Below, in pieces: positions 21,101-31,100 of a DNA stretch of 64,000 nt. The translations under genes were made by a program, and so were the position numbers. Source of the stretch: a virus; IMG/VR virus record IMGVR_UViG_3300044611_001420. The stretch is one strand, 5' to 3'. Below the pieces are notes generated by a model, which was not told where the DNA came from, did not search any database, and worked only from the letters and a program-made list of their open reading frames with translations. Position 1 is the stretch's first letter, and the number at the start of each line of letters is the position of its first letter.

Positions 21101-22673
21101 ATTAGCAAGTACAAATAGTTCTGTTTCACCAGGACAAGAAAGTTTTGATTCAGTTGGTGAGAATACAGCAAGAAATCAAATTGAAACTAAACTTAAACTC
21201 AATCAAGATGGTGATTTAAGTGTTCTTGGTGCATTGACTCTAAATGGTTTGAACACACCATCAAGATTTGAAGTCGGAAGTGTTGGAGTTTCAACCATTA
21301 GAGGAAATTTAAATCTTTTCAATCTTGTTAATACTAGTGGACAAACAGTAACTGTTTCTGATTTTAACATTAATACTGACAAATTTACTGTTGCAGGAAA
21401 TACTGGAAATGTTACTACAAAAGGAACAATTGTTTCTGATGGAATTTTAACTGTTAATTCTCAAGGAAATTCATCTTTTAATGGTACTCTTGGAGTTAGT
21501 GGTAATGTAACTTCTTCTGGATTTGCTGTGAATGGAAGTCCATCGACATCTGGCATTCCAAATATACTAAGAGCAGATGGGTCAAATTCAAAACTGGAGT
21601 CACAAGATGTGGTAAATGCTCTTGGGTTTGTCCCTCAACCTCCAATTGCAACATCAAATTTACCAACAGGAAATTCCGAAGTATTGAAGGATATTAGTGG
21701 TTTATTTAATGGAACTGGAACATCATTCCAATTGTTTAGAACTTCAAATGCAGCATTTGTACCACTTGGTCCTGATAATTTAATTGTTTCTCTTGGTGGT
21801 GTAATACAAAAACCATCTACTGACTATATAATCCGACAGGTTAGTGGTGCTTATACAAATATAATTGACTTCAGTGAAGCTCCCCCTTCTGGAATTCCTT
21901 GTTTTATTCTTGCTCTTGGTGGGCAGGGAAGTCTCAAATCTAATCAGGATTGGAACAATAAAGGTGAAATTCTTGTTGCAACAGGAGATAATGCAGCAAC
22001 AACACTTGCTGTCGGTGCCAATGGAACAATATTAACTGCTGATAGTAATGAAGCTGGTGGTGTTGAGTGGAAAAACTCTCTGAATCTTAATGGTTCTATT
22101 ACTGGAACTTCATTAAGTGTTGGGACTGGTTCTGTTACTGCTGGTTCATTTGTTGGAAATGGAACTATTCCAGTTGGTGGAATTATTATGTGGTCTGGAA
22201 CTACGGTTCCAACAGGATGGGCATTATGTAATGGGAGTAATGGAACTCCAGATTTGAGAAATAAATTTATTGTTGCTGCAGATAGTCTTACTAAGACTGG
22301 AACTACATCCCAAAGTGGAAGTTCTCCATATGATCCTGGAGATATTGGTGGTAGTGCAGATGCCACTTTGGTTTCTCATAGTCATACAGCATCAACATCA
22401 GACACCAGTAAAGTATTAACGGGTGACATTTGGCCAATTGCAGAATCTTATGGTGCTAGTACAGTATTTAATGAAGGTATTTTATCTCGCTCAGACCGTT
22501 CTGCATTTCAAAATGCGACGCCATCACAAACAGATAGTCAATTTGTTGATGGTGGTATTGCTATTGATGCAACACACGGGCATAATGTTTCTGTCAGTGT
22601 AGAAGGTTCAGTAGCAACAAATGCAAACTTACCTCCGTATTATGCACTTGCATTCATTATGAGAACTGCATAA
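15141..22673 (+). CDS. 2510-aa cyanomyovirus fibre/baseplate-associated protein with C-terminal tail-collar domain
   Basis: MPLSRLENFLKN...PFKTIQRAL beta-helix start; IPVGGIIMWSG...GWALCNG..GTPDLRNKF and NLPPYYALAFIM collar motifs; ACTAAATA at 15104-15111. Confidence 0.85.
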   Translation: MPLSRLENFLKNAEGNILYVNPSDFDATDSYENQGNSLTRPFKTIQRALIEAARFSYQSGKNNDRIDRTTILVYPGTHYIDNRPGFSIAKQGSNAIYKKRTGTSTWTEVNLPELNENSNYNILDTNNDLYKFNSVLGGAILPRGTSIIGYDLRKTKIRPLYVPNPEDSSVDNTSIFNVTGTCYFSTFTFLDADQTKTVFSDYTDNRFVPNFSHHKVVSFAYADGVNKVALGTEQTDLTDLDMYYYKVAKAYGDITGRGVLDYPTLDDFEPSKDEFRIVGELQANPLGISSISGGDGVTQATNVIKVTTKNLQTGEELPHGLFVDSPVLISGITTDASAFNGSFTVREVVGVSTFTYTSTSSPSNPNPDVADYETGIVTIESDSVSSASPYVFNCSIRSAYGLCGMWADGNKADGFKSMVVAQFTGVSLQKDDNAFIVYNKTTGKYEGNDVLALTSSERPLHTNSNAIYKPDYEGFHIRVSNNGFVQCVSIFAIGFAKHFITESGGDMSITNSNSNFGAISLESVGYRNESFDRDDVGYITHIIPPKEVDELESNINWISFDVPKTISVGLTERLYLYNYKNKEVSPSKDVDGFKIGAKTNDTLNLNIVIGTAQTVYSSPILMPVVSGVGVTARKSYTVSRSGNLNQISNNVLTLNANHQLINGESVRIFSDTGEVPNGLTAGVVAYAITTGLAVNQVKLAYSLNDAIAENEIEGINDRGGVLTIVSSVTDKKPGDIGSPIQYDDVNGQWYILSSNSSDNQIFPAIVGFGTTSLGNETSSTFVKRKLDNRSIQDRIYRLRYVVPKEYTNARPPQAGFVLQESKTVNISPISFDYTQSITEQTPPAYLRNEKIIKNATVGAVSGGKQTVTITTEKPHKFFTGDKVKVQRIKSENNPTAVGITSTYNGSYVIASVPSSKTFTYEISGVKINPGTFTNQVDERDTNQERSQIPLVSREEYENDFYIYRVDTIKSHIPGLNGQDGIYHLIVLSSNVSPSSDIGYNLSSKSFNQDVRNLYPQIDRDNFNSDPSESVTYADASVIGKVVTDDKRKSVTRETINTFLKNSNVGFGITGVVVSGTGNTTVTIHTNVEHNFNSIKSISVKNPTGAGTSGAGYGNTTIYSSNLIGGTGQGASLYVPVIGSTGTINTSSIKIVDVGSVYSVGDVLDISGPSGITPTIYAKAEVLEINNNIGDALEIRGFNTTNLDGVYRITNVPSSKSIEIYVPSGVPSYQSNTNGRIPVAVLSAEGIGINSFRFDSTVTGIVTVTTNNSHGLLRGNKFTIVGSGHTIYDKTFVVKENVGLNTFTFNVGVVTQTKSSTTGTLLKHSISSNELVLSRGEDTLGSRASYFYAGITTTLSSTILVDSTSITLTSSKGFDRGDYVVINNEIIRLANSTTSNTFNALRGRFSTFKTTAEAGTQVKKINVMPMEVRRPSFMRASGHTFEYLGYGPGNYSTGMPQKQTRILTEDDVLVSQARKQKGGVVVYTGMNDVGEFYSGAKKLSSSTGEEKIVEAPILSYTGDDAEGTNTNKLDVTFDNILARGRITVEGGDGAKETSQFYGPVSFNKKVVSTSDEGVNVKNLYVKGDTTTYKLVTVGISTPTDANLVNRGNISLKSLPNEGYIGQVYVDGEWKKFGPISQSKDILDFKVDKIGIGNSNDFANTSDPGVNDVAFYVGGKSKFKDVVFSGQVEIESGITLNNVNFNNINIRKTAFFSGAGAGGTSYAIYVYNPGDLVDSQTVPRLRSRFYDLEVAGVSTFSGLVGIGTTIFTGTSNQLLQINSGAYISGSVGIGTTNPTDKLSIIGDVGIQTSLNLYSSNQVKKGTIQAVETTEKYQSGLVINVPNGNEIAFSDGDSRNVVITGDGNLGIGTTTLSSKLQVHGTIGISSIGDSEDLVPGGRTQFSSSSTSGFVLNHNHSTDIVFQNQGIERFRVGSGITATYTSLSAGSDLTGSHFKLKNDGPGDVVLSWFSNDSGNRRWYAGIDVSDSYSWKLASTNSSVSPGQESFDSVGENTARNQIETKLKLNQDGDLSVLGALTLNGLNTPSRFEVGSVGVSTIRGNLNLFNLVNTSGQTVTVSDFNINTDKFTVAGNTGNVTTKGTIVSDGILTVNSQGNSSFNGTLGVSGNVTSSGFAVNGSPSTSGIPNILRADGSNSKLESQDVVNALGFVPQPPIATSNLPTGNSEVLKDISGLFNGTGTSFQLFRTSNAAFVPLGPDNLIVSLGGVIQKPSTDYIIRQVSGAYTNIIDFSEAPPSGIPCFILALGGQGSLKSNQDWNNKGEILVATGDNAATTLAVGANGTILTADSNEAGGVEWKNSLNLNGSITGTSLSVGTGSVTAGSFVGNGTIPVGGIIMWSGTTVPTGWALCNGSNGTPDLRNKFIVAADSLTKTGTTSQSGSSPYDPGDIGGSADATLVSHSHTASTSDTSKVLTGDIWPIAESYGASTVFNEGILSRSDRSAFQNATPSQTDSQFVDGGIAIDATHGHNVSVSVEGSVATNANLPPYYALAFIMRTA

Positions 22674-22708
22674 TAACATAAATACCCTCATAGTTATTCT
22701 ATAAAATT

Positions 22709-22879
22709 ATGACTAAACAAGAAATGATTAGTTCTTTAACACAAAAGGCAGTTCAAATTCGTGATGAACTTGTTGCACTTGAGCAACAATTTAATGTCAA
22801 AAAAGAAGAATTTCTTAAAGTTCAGGGAGCATTAGAAGCATTGGATGAGTTAGAAGAAGGAAAGCAAGAAGAAGAATAA
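22709..22879 (+). CDS. 56-aa coiled-coil protein (MTKQEMISSLTQKAVQIRDEL...), absent from ORF track
   Basis: CATAAATA (22677-22684) upstream and a terminator downstream; heptad pattern. Confidence 0.7.
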   Translation: MTKQEMISSLTQKAVQIRDELVALEQQFNVKKEEFLKVQGALEALDELEEGKQEEE

Positions 22880-22881
22880 AT

Positions 22882-22908
22882 AAAAGGGACAAAGATATTG
22901 TCCCTTTT
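22882..22908. terminator. Probable bidirectional intrinsic terminator
   Basis: AAAAGGGACAA-AGATA-TTGTCCCTTTT. Confidence 0.8.
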
Positions 22909-23001
22909 GTAATTAGAAATTGAAGTTCCTACCATTACCTTAGTAATTATAGAACAGGGAAAATATCTATAAATTCTGAGGTTATTTTCTCTCAATACCA
23001 G

Positions 23002-24816
23002 ATGGATAATATTAAAGTAAGAGTAGGAACAAATAATACTAAGGTAAGAGTTGGAACTAATAATGCTATAAAAGTAATTTCAGCAAATCTTGCTGACGCA
23101 GTACAAGTAAACTCTGATTATGTAGTTTCAAATATTTTATATGTCACAGAAGACGGAAACGATTCAAACACAGGAAAAAAACTCGGAGAAGCAAAAGCAA
23201 CTATCGCAGCAGCAGTTGGAATTGCAACAGAGGGAACTGTTATTAAAGTTAGTGCTGGAACTTACATAGAAAATAATCCAATTTCTTTACCAAAACAAAT
23301 TAGTATTGTTGGAGACAACCTAAGAGAAGTTACAGTTGTCCCACAGAATTCAAATACTGATTTCTTTTATGTTAATAATGGAAATTATGTTTCCAATATG
23401 TCTTTTTCTGGAAGTTTAAATTCAGGAAAGGCAGTTTTTGCTTTCAATCCAACCAAACCTGTTTATATAAATCAATCACCTTATATTCAAAATTGTACTA
23501 ATTTTATTCCAAATAGTATTGGATTAAAAGTTGATGGTTCTAAAGCAATAGGACCAACTAAAAGTATGGTTTTGGATTCTTATACGCAATACAATCAGAA
23601 TGGAATTGGAGCATCCATTACAAATGAAGGATACGCACAGTTAGTATCTATGTTTACTATTTGTAATGATATTGCTGTTTATTGTGGTTCTGGTGGTGGT
23701 TGTGATTTAACTAATTCCAACTCATCCTTTGGAAATTATGCTCTAGTTGCAGATGGAGTAAGTGCTAAAAAATATACAGGAATAGTTACAGTAGCAGCAT
23801 CTGAAAATTCTGATACTTTTGTTTTAGATTTAAATATACCAACGTTAAATGTCACAAACGCAGTTTATGATAATGCAACTGGTTTAACGACTATTACTGT
23901 CAGTCAAAATCATAATTTCAGTGTTGGAATGGGAGTCTCAATTAATAATCTTACTTTTACTTGTTCCTATGGAGAGGGAACTTCTATATTTCCTTCGGGA
24001 AATAATGGATATGTTTTTGAGGTTGCAAATTTACCATCATCAACATCATTTGAAGTTTATGTTGGAGTTTCCACCATTCAGCACACTTATTCATCTGGAG
24101 GTGCTGTAAAAATAAATGTAGTTCGTCCATTTGATGGTCAAGTTGTTTATTTTGGGCAACCGTATTATACAATTGGAAGTGTGAACGTAAGTGCTGGTGG
24201 AACTGGTTACAGTGGAAATACATCAATTACATTTTCTTCACCAGAAACTTCTTGGGGAATATCTGCTTCTGGAATTGCTGAAGTTGAAAATGGATCAGTA
24301 GTTTCTGTTCAAATGGTTTCAAGTGGAAGAGGATATGGTTCAACTCCACCAACAGTTACTTTTGGTTCTCCTAATGTTGGAATAAATACTGCAATAGGGG
24401 TTGCTAATTTGATTCCATCTTATTATTCAATTCAAAGTTCTACTCCAATTGTATCTGGAATTTGTACAATTATTTTAAATGATAGTGTTCCATTTTCCGT
24501 TGGAGTTGGAACTACAACTTTTTTCTTTAAGCAAAGTCGTATTTTAGCATCTGGTCATTCATTTGAATATATTGGGTCAGGAACAAACATCGCATCTGCT
24601 TTACCTGTAACTGGTGGTGTTGCAATTCAAGAAAATGAAATTGATATGAGAAATGGTGGATTAGTTGTTTATACAAGTACAGACCAATCTGGAAATTTTA
24701 GAATAGGAGATGGTGTTACCATTAACCAACAAACAGGAACAATTAGTGGAACAATTTATTCTAAGAGTTTGTTTTCATCAATGACACCATTCATTTTAGC
24801 ACTTGGAGGAGAATAA
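23002..24816 (+). CDS. Beta-helix virion protein, paralog of the C-terminal part of 3209..6631
   Basis: PYIQNCTNFIPNSIGLKVDG, DSYTQYNQ, YTSTDQSGNFRIG and TPFILALG are shared with 3209..6631. Confidence 0.85.
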   Translation: MDNIKVRVGTNNTKVRVGTNNAIKVISANLADAVQVNSDYVVSNILYVTEDGNDSNTGKKLGEAKATIAAAVGIATEGTVIKVSAGTYIENNPISLPKQISIVGDNLREVTVVPQNSNTDFFYVNNGNYVSNMSFSGSLNSGKAVFAFNPTKPVYINQSPYIQNCTNFIPNSIGLKVDGSKAIGPTKSMVLDSYTQYNQNGIGASITNEGYAQLVSMFTICNDIAVYCGSGGGCDLTNSNSSFGNYALVADGVSAKKYTGIVTVAASENSDTFVLDLNIPTLNVTNAVYDNATGLTTITVSQNHNFSVGMGVSINNLTFTCSYGEGTSIFPSGNNGYVFEVANLPSSTSFEVYVGVSTIQHTYSSGGAVKINVVRPFDGQVVYFGQPYYTIGSVNVSAGGTGYSGNTSITFSSPETSWGISASGIAEVENGSVVSVQMVSSGRGYGSTPPTVTFGSPNVGINTAIGVANLIPSYYSIQSSTPIVSGICTIILNDSVPFSVGVGTTTFFFKQSRILASGHSFEYIGSGTNIASALPVTGGVAIQENEIDMRNGGLVVYTSTDQSGNFRIGDGVTINQQTGTISGTIYSKSLFSSMTPFILALGGE

Positions 24817-24818
24817 GA

Positions 24819-25148
24819 ATGGCACTACCGTTAAATGTATTTCAGACAGTTACTGCAGTTGTATCTGCAAGTCCAACAGAAGTTTATACTGCTCCAGTTG
24901 GTTATACTGGAGTTGTACTTTTAGCACAAGTCACAAATATCGGAACAACTTCTCAAGATATTACAGTTTTTCATCGCAGAAGTTCTACTGACACAGAAAT
25001 GTTAAAGCAATATCCAGTTGCTGGAAATGATACAATAAATCTTCTTTCTGGAAAATTAGTTCTTGAAAGTGGAGATAAATTAGTTATATCTGGTAGTAAT
25101 GCAACTAATCTGAAACTTGTCGCAAGTATTTTAGAAACACTTAACTAA
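24819..25148 (+). CDS. Small virion-associated protein, paralog of 6633..6986
   Basis: LNVFQTV...LLAQVTN...GKLVLESGD...SILETLN. Confidence 0.8.
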   Translation: MALPLNVFQTVTAVVSASPTEVYTAPVGYTGVVLLAQVTNIGTTSQDITVFHRRSSTDTEMLKQYPVAGNDTINLLSGKLVLESGDKLVISGSNATNLKLVASILETLN

Positions 25149-25156
25149 TACCAAAA

Positions 25157-28100
25157 ATGGCAAAGTACCTCAGCAATCGTCAAAAAAACTTTAAGATTGG
25201 TATAAGTTCTTATACAGAAGGGAAAACAGTACTTGAAGTTATTGGAAATGTAGGAATAGGAACTACAACTTCTGAGGGTAGAAGTTTATATGTAATTGGA
25301 GATGGTGAATTTACTGGAATTCTTACTGCTAAGGGTTTTTATGTTGATGGTGAATTAATTGGTTCTGCGACATCACTAAGTAGTTTATATGTTTCTGGAA
25401 TTTCAACTTTTAATAATAATGTAGATATTAATGCATCTGCAGACATTTTAAATGACTTAGTTATAAATGGTAATTTAAAAAGTATTGGAGTAACAACCTT
25501 AGCATTTGGTGGTGGCATTACTACAACTGGCGGAAACTTATATATCGGTGGAAATTTAGAAGTTGCTGGAAGTTCTAACTTTATAGGAACAGCAATTTTT
25601 AGGGGTGGGACAATTGGAATTGGTGACTCTACTTCTGATGATATTAATGTTGGTGGTGAATTTGTATCAAATTTAGTTCCAAAATATGACAATACGTATG
25701 ATATTGGTTTAGAAAGTAATAGATGGAGAAACGCAAGATTTTCTGGTTTAACAACAACTGGTAATCTTTATGTATCAGGTGTTGGTACTATTACATCGTT
25801 AGATGTTACTACTGGTGTTATTGACTATCTTTCTGGTATTGACCTGTATTATAGTGGAATTAGTACTCTTGGTATCACATCTGCAACACAATTAACTGCC
25901 CAAAGTCTTACTGTTTCTGGGAATAGTAATTTTGGAATCACTGATATAACAGTTAACAGTTCCAGTGATGCTCTCAAAATCACTCAAACTGGAACTGGGA
26001 ATGCATTAGTTGTTAGGGATGCTAATCCAGATTCCAGCCCTTTTGTAGTTACTGGTATTGGTTCTGTTGGTGTTGGTGTTGAAAATCCATTAGAAAAACT
26101 TCAAGTTGATGGAAATATCAGATTAGGTTCTTCTGATTCAAATTATATTGCGTTTAAAGGTACAACTGGAGATTCTCCTAATGGAGGATTTACTCACACC
26201 TTTATTGGAGAAAGAATTTACACTCCTGCAACAGAAGAATCCGAACTTCTTATATTTAAAGGGAACGACCACGATTTATCAGTTGAAGGACCAGATAGAA
26301 TTCGATTAGCAGCAGCAGAAATTAGATTTGATACTTATACAATTCCAACTTCAGGTTCTTTTGAAGAAGTTGCTACTTCTGGAAATTTAGATACGAAATT
26401 TATAATAATAAATAGTGGTTTTGTTGGTGTAGGAACTACAAATCCAACTTCAAAACTTGATGTCTATGGTGATTTTAAGGTTAGTGGCATTGGGACTGTT
26501 GAAACATTAGATGCCAATACAGGTACTATCGATTACCTAACAAATACCAACCTCAACACTTCTGGTATTGGAACTATCATTACTTTAGATGCCACTACAG
26601 GTACTATTGATTATTTGACTAATACTAATCTCTATGTCTCTGGGGTTTCTACATTTATTGGAATAGCTACTTTCTCTGGTGACATTTATGTTGGTGGTGA
26701 CCTGTATGTTGCTGATGATATTACTTTTGATGAACTTATTGCTCGTAATATCAATGTAACTGGTATTGGAACAATCGAAACCCTTGACGTAACAACAGGT
26801 ACGATTGATTATCTTTCAGGTACTAATTTATCTTATATTGGAATTTCCACTTTAGCAACCTTGGGTGTTACTGGTCTTACCACAACTAAAAATCTTCAAG
26901 TTATCGGAGTATCAACACTCGGAGTCACCAGTGTTACTAATTTAACGGCTCAAACTATTAATTCCTCAGGTGTTGTAACTGCTTCAAGTTTTGTAGGTAA
27001 CTTAACAGGTACAGCAACTACAGCAACAAACCTTGAAACTGCAAGAACTTTTGAAATTACTGGAGATATTGTTGCTTCACCAGTCAGTTTTGATGGAACT
27101 GGTAATGTATCTTTAGCAGCAACAATTCAACCAAATAGTGTTGCTCTTGGTTCAGATACTACTGGTGATTATATTCAGTCAGTTTCTGGAACTTCAAATC
27201 AAATTACTGTTACTGGTGGAACTGGTGAAGGTTCAACTCCAGTATTAAGTCTTCCAAATAATCTAGTTGTTCCTCAAGATTTAACAGTAACTAGAGATGT
27301 TCAAATCAATCGTAACTTAAATGTAACTGGAAATATCACAATTGGTGGTACAACTGCATTTGTTAATGTTCAAGAATTGGTTGTCACAGACCCTGATATT
27401 ATTCTTGGTTATAGAACTGATGCATTTGGTAATGATGTTTCTAACGATAATACTGCAAATCATGGTGGTGTTGCTCTTGCTTCAACAGAAGGAAATCCAT
27501 TAGTTAATTTATTTGTTACTGGAATTGAGACAGCACCTTCCACATATAAGAAAATTATGTGGTTCAAGGAAGGCACTTTTGCTGGACTTGGAACTGATGC
27601 TTGGTTAATCAATTATGCAGTCGGTATTGGTTCAACACAATTCCCAACTGGAACAAGACTTGCTGCTGGTAATGTACAATTTACTGAAAATGATTTAGCA
27701 GTTGTTAGAAATATTAATTCTTCTGGACTTATAACAGCAACCAGATTTATTGGAACAGCAACAAATCTTGATATTAATGGTCTTACGACAATTAATGACC
27801 CACAAAGTAATGATTTTATAGCACTTTATGATGTGAGTGGAGCAGTTGTAGGAAAAGCAACTATTCAAAATGCTGCTCTTCAAGGAACTCAAGGTCTTCA
27901 GGGAACACAAGGTACACAGGGAACACAAGGTACTCAGGGAACTCAGGGAACACAAGGTCTTCAGGGTCTTCAAGGCACTCAGGGAACACAGGGAACACAG
28001 GGAACTCAAGGCACTCAGGGAACACAAGGTACTCAAGGCACTCAGGGAACTCAAGGAACACAGGGAACTCAAGGTACTCAAGGTCTTCAGGGAACCCAAG

Positions 28101-31100
28101 GTACTCAAGGTACTCAGGGAACACAAGGTACTCAAGGTACTCAAGGTACTCAAGGTACACAGGGCACACAGGGAACTCAAGGTCTTCAAGGTCTTCAGGG
28201 AACCCAAGGTACTCAAGGTACTCAGGGAACACAAGGTACTCAGGGAACTCAAGGAACACAGGGAACTCAAGGTACTCAAGGTCTTCAGGGAACCCAAGGT
28301 ACTCAAGGCACTCAGGGAACTCAGGGAACTCAGGGAACTCAGGGAACTCAAGGTACTCAAGGTCTTCAGGGAACCCAAGGTACTCAAGGTCTTCAGGGAA
28401 CCCAAGGTACTCAAGGTACTCAAGGTACTCAAGGTACACAGGGCACACAGGGAACTCAAGGTCTTCAAGGTCTTCAGGGAACCCAAGGTACTCAAGGTAC
28501 TCAGGGAACACAAGGTACTCAAGGTACTCAGGGAACACAAGGTACTCAGGGAACACAGGGAACACAAGGTACACAAGGTACTCAAGGTGCTCAAGGAACA
28601 CAGGGAACTCAAGGTGCTCAAGGTCTTCAAGGTACTCAAGGTACACAGGGCACACAGGGCACTCAGGGAACTCAAGGAACTCAAGGGACTCAAGGTCTTC
28701 AAGGACTTCAAGGAACACAGGGAACACAGGGAACTCAAGGCACTCAGGGAACACAAGGTACACAAGGTACTCAAGGTACTCAAGGAACTCAAGGTCTTCA
28801 AGGACTTCAAGGAACACAGGGAACACAGGGAACTCAAGGCACTCAGGGAACACAAGGTACACAAGGTACACAAGGTACACAAGGTACACAAGGTACTCAA
28901 GGAACTCAAGGACTTCAAGGAACTCAAGGTCTTCAAGGTCTTCAAGGTCTTCAAGGACTTCAAGGAACACAAGGTACACAAGGTACTCAAGGAACACAGG
29001 GAACACAGGGAACACAGGGAACTCAAGGCACTCAAGGCACTCAAGGTCTTCAAGGTCTTCAAGGTCGTCAAGGAACACAGGGAACTCAAGGTACTCAGGG
29101 AACACAAGGAACTCAGGGAACTCAAGGCACTCAAGGCACTCAGGGAACTCAAGGTACTCAAGGTCTTCAAGGTCTTCAAGGTCTTCAAGGTACTCAAGGT
29201 ACTCAGGGAACACAGGGCACTCAGGGAACACAAGGAACACAAGGAACACAAGGAACTCAGGGAACACAAGGAACTCAGGGAACTCAAGGCACTCAAGGCA
29301 CTCAGGGAACTCAAGGTCTTCAAGGTCTTCAAGGTACTCAAGGTACTCAGGGAACACAGGGCACTCAGGGAACACAAGGAACACAAGGAACACAAGGAAC
29401 TCAGGGGTCTCAGGGAACTCAAGGCACTCAGGGTACTCAAGGTCTTCAAGGTCTTCAAGGTACTCAAGGTACTCAGGGAACACAGGGCACTCAGGGAACA
29501 CAAGGAACACAAGGAACACAGGGAACTCAAGGTCTTCAAGGACTTCAAGGTACTCAGGGAAGACAAGGAACTCAAGGAAGACAGGGGACTCAAGGTCTTC
29601 AGGGAACACAAGGTACTCAGGGAACTCAGGGTATTCAAGGCACTCAGGGAACACAAGGTACACAAGGTACACAAGGAACTCAAGGAACTCAAGGAACTAC
29701 TGGACCTGTTGCTGGTTCAGCAAATCAAGTTGTTTATAAAGATGGCTCTAATAATCCAACTGGTTCTGCAAACTTAACTTTTGATGGAACGACTCTGAGT
29801 GCTTATAATGTTAACATTACTAATAATTTAAGTATTGGTGGAACAACAACAATTGTTACTGCTCAAGATTTAAGAGTTCTCGATGCTGATATTATTCTTG
29901 GTTTCACAACCAATGCTTTAGGGCAAGATGTTTCTACAGATATAACAGCAAATCACGGTGGCATTGCTGTTGCTTCTACTGAAGGTAGTCCATTAGTTAA
30001 TCTGTTTATTGCTGGAATTGAGACATCACCTTCAACATATAAGAAAATTATGTGGTTTAAGTCTGGAGCATTCTCTGGACTTGGCACTGATGCTTGGTTA
30101 ATCAATTATGGTGTTGGTATTGGTTCAACTCAAGTCCCATTTGGTGTAAGACTTGCTGCAGGGGGAATGCAAGTTACTGATAGTAAAATATCTTCTCCAA
30201 ATCTTGACATAACTGGAATTGCAACTATCAATAAACTTGATGTCAATCAATTATCTCCAAATGGTACTGATTTTGGTACTGCTTCTTATGTTCCAATTGC
30301 AGATGGTACAGGAAATTGGAGTTGGGGAACAGTAAGTGCTGCTGGTGCTGCGACAACAAATGCAATTAATATTAGAGATGAGAATTCTCCGCAAGGAAGT
30401 GCAACAATACTAAACTTTACTGGAGATGCCATAAGTGCCACAGTTGCTGGAAGCACTGCAACTATAACTGTTAGTTCTCTTCAAGGATTGCAGGGAACTC
30501 AAGGTACTCAAGGTCTTCAGGGACCTTCATTTGCAGTTGGTGGATTAAACTATTCGCAAACTTTAGGTACAAAAGTAACAGTATTAAGTAGTGCTTCTTT
30601 CCCAGTTGGTATTGTTACAACTACTATTACAACTAATGGAAATCCAGTTCAGGTCACTGTAACTGGAGATGCTGAAAATCTAGCTGCTGGTGTTTGGGGT
30701 CGTCTGCAATTATACAGAGATAATACCCCAATTGGAAACGACATTCAGTTTGAAGGTTCTGCTGGAAGTGAAAACTCCCCATATGCCCTTTCTGTAATTG
30801 ATACTCCTTCTGCTGGAACATATTCATATAATTTAAAAGTTGTAACTTTAGCTGGAGGTAATGTTGCCTTTGGTGAAAACACTGGTCCAGTCCTTTATGC
30901 TTATGAACTTGCAAATGTTTTAGGAGTTCAAGGACTTCAAGGTACACAAGGTACACAAGGTACACAAGGTACACAAGGTACACAAGGAACTCAGGGTACT
31001 CAAGGAACTCAAGGAACTCAAGGAACTCAAGGAACTCAGGGTACTCAAGGTCTCCAAGGACTTCAAGGAAGACAAGGAACTCAGGGCACTCAGGGTACTC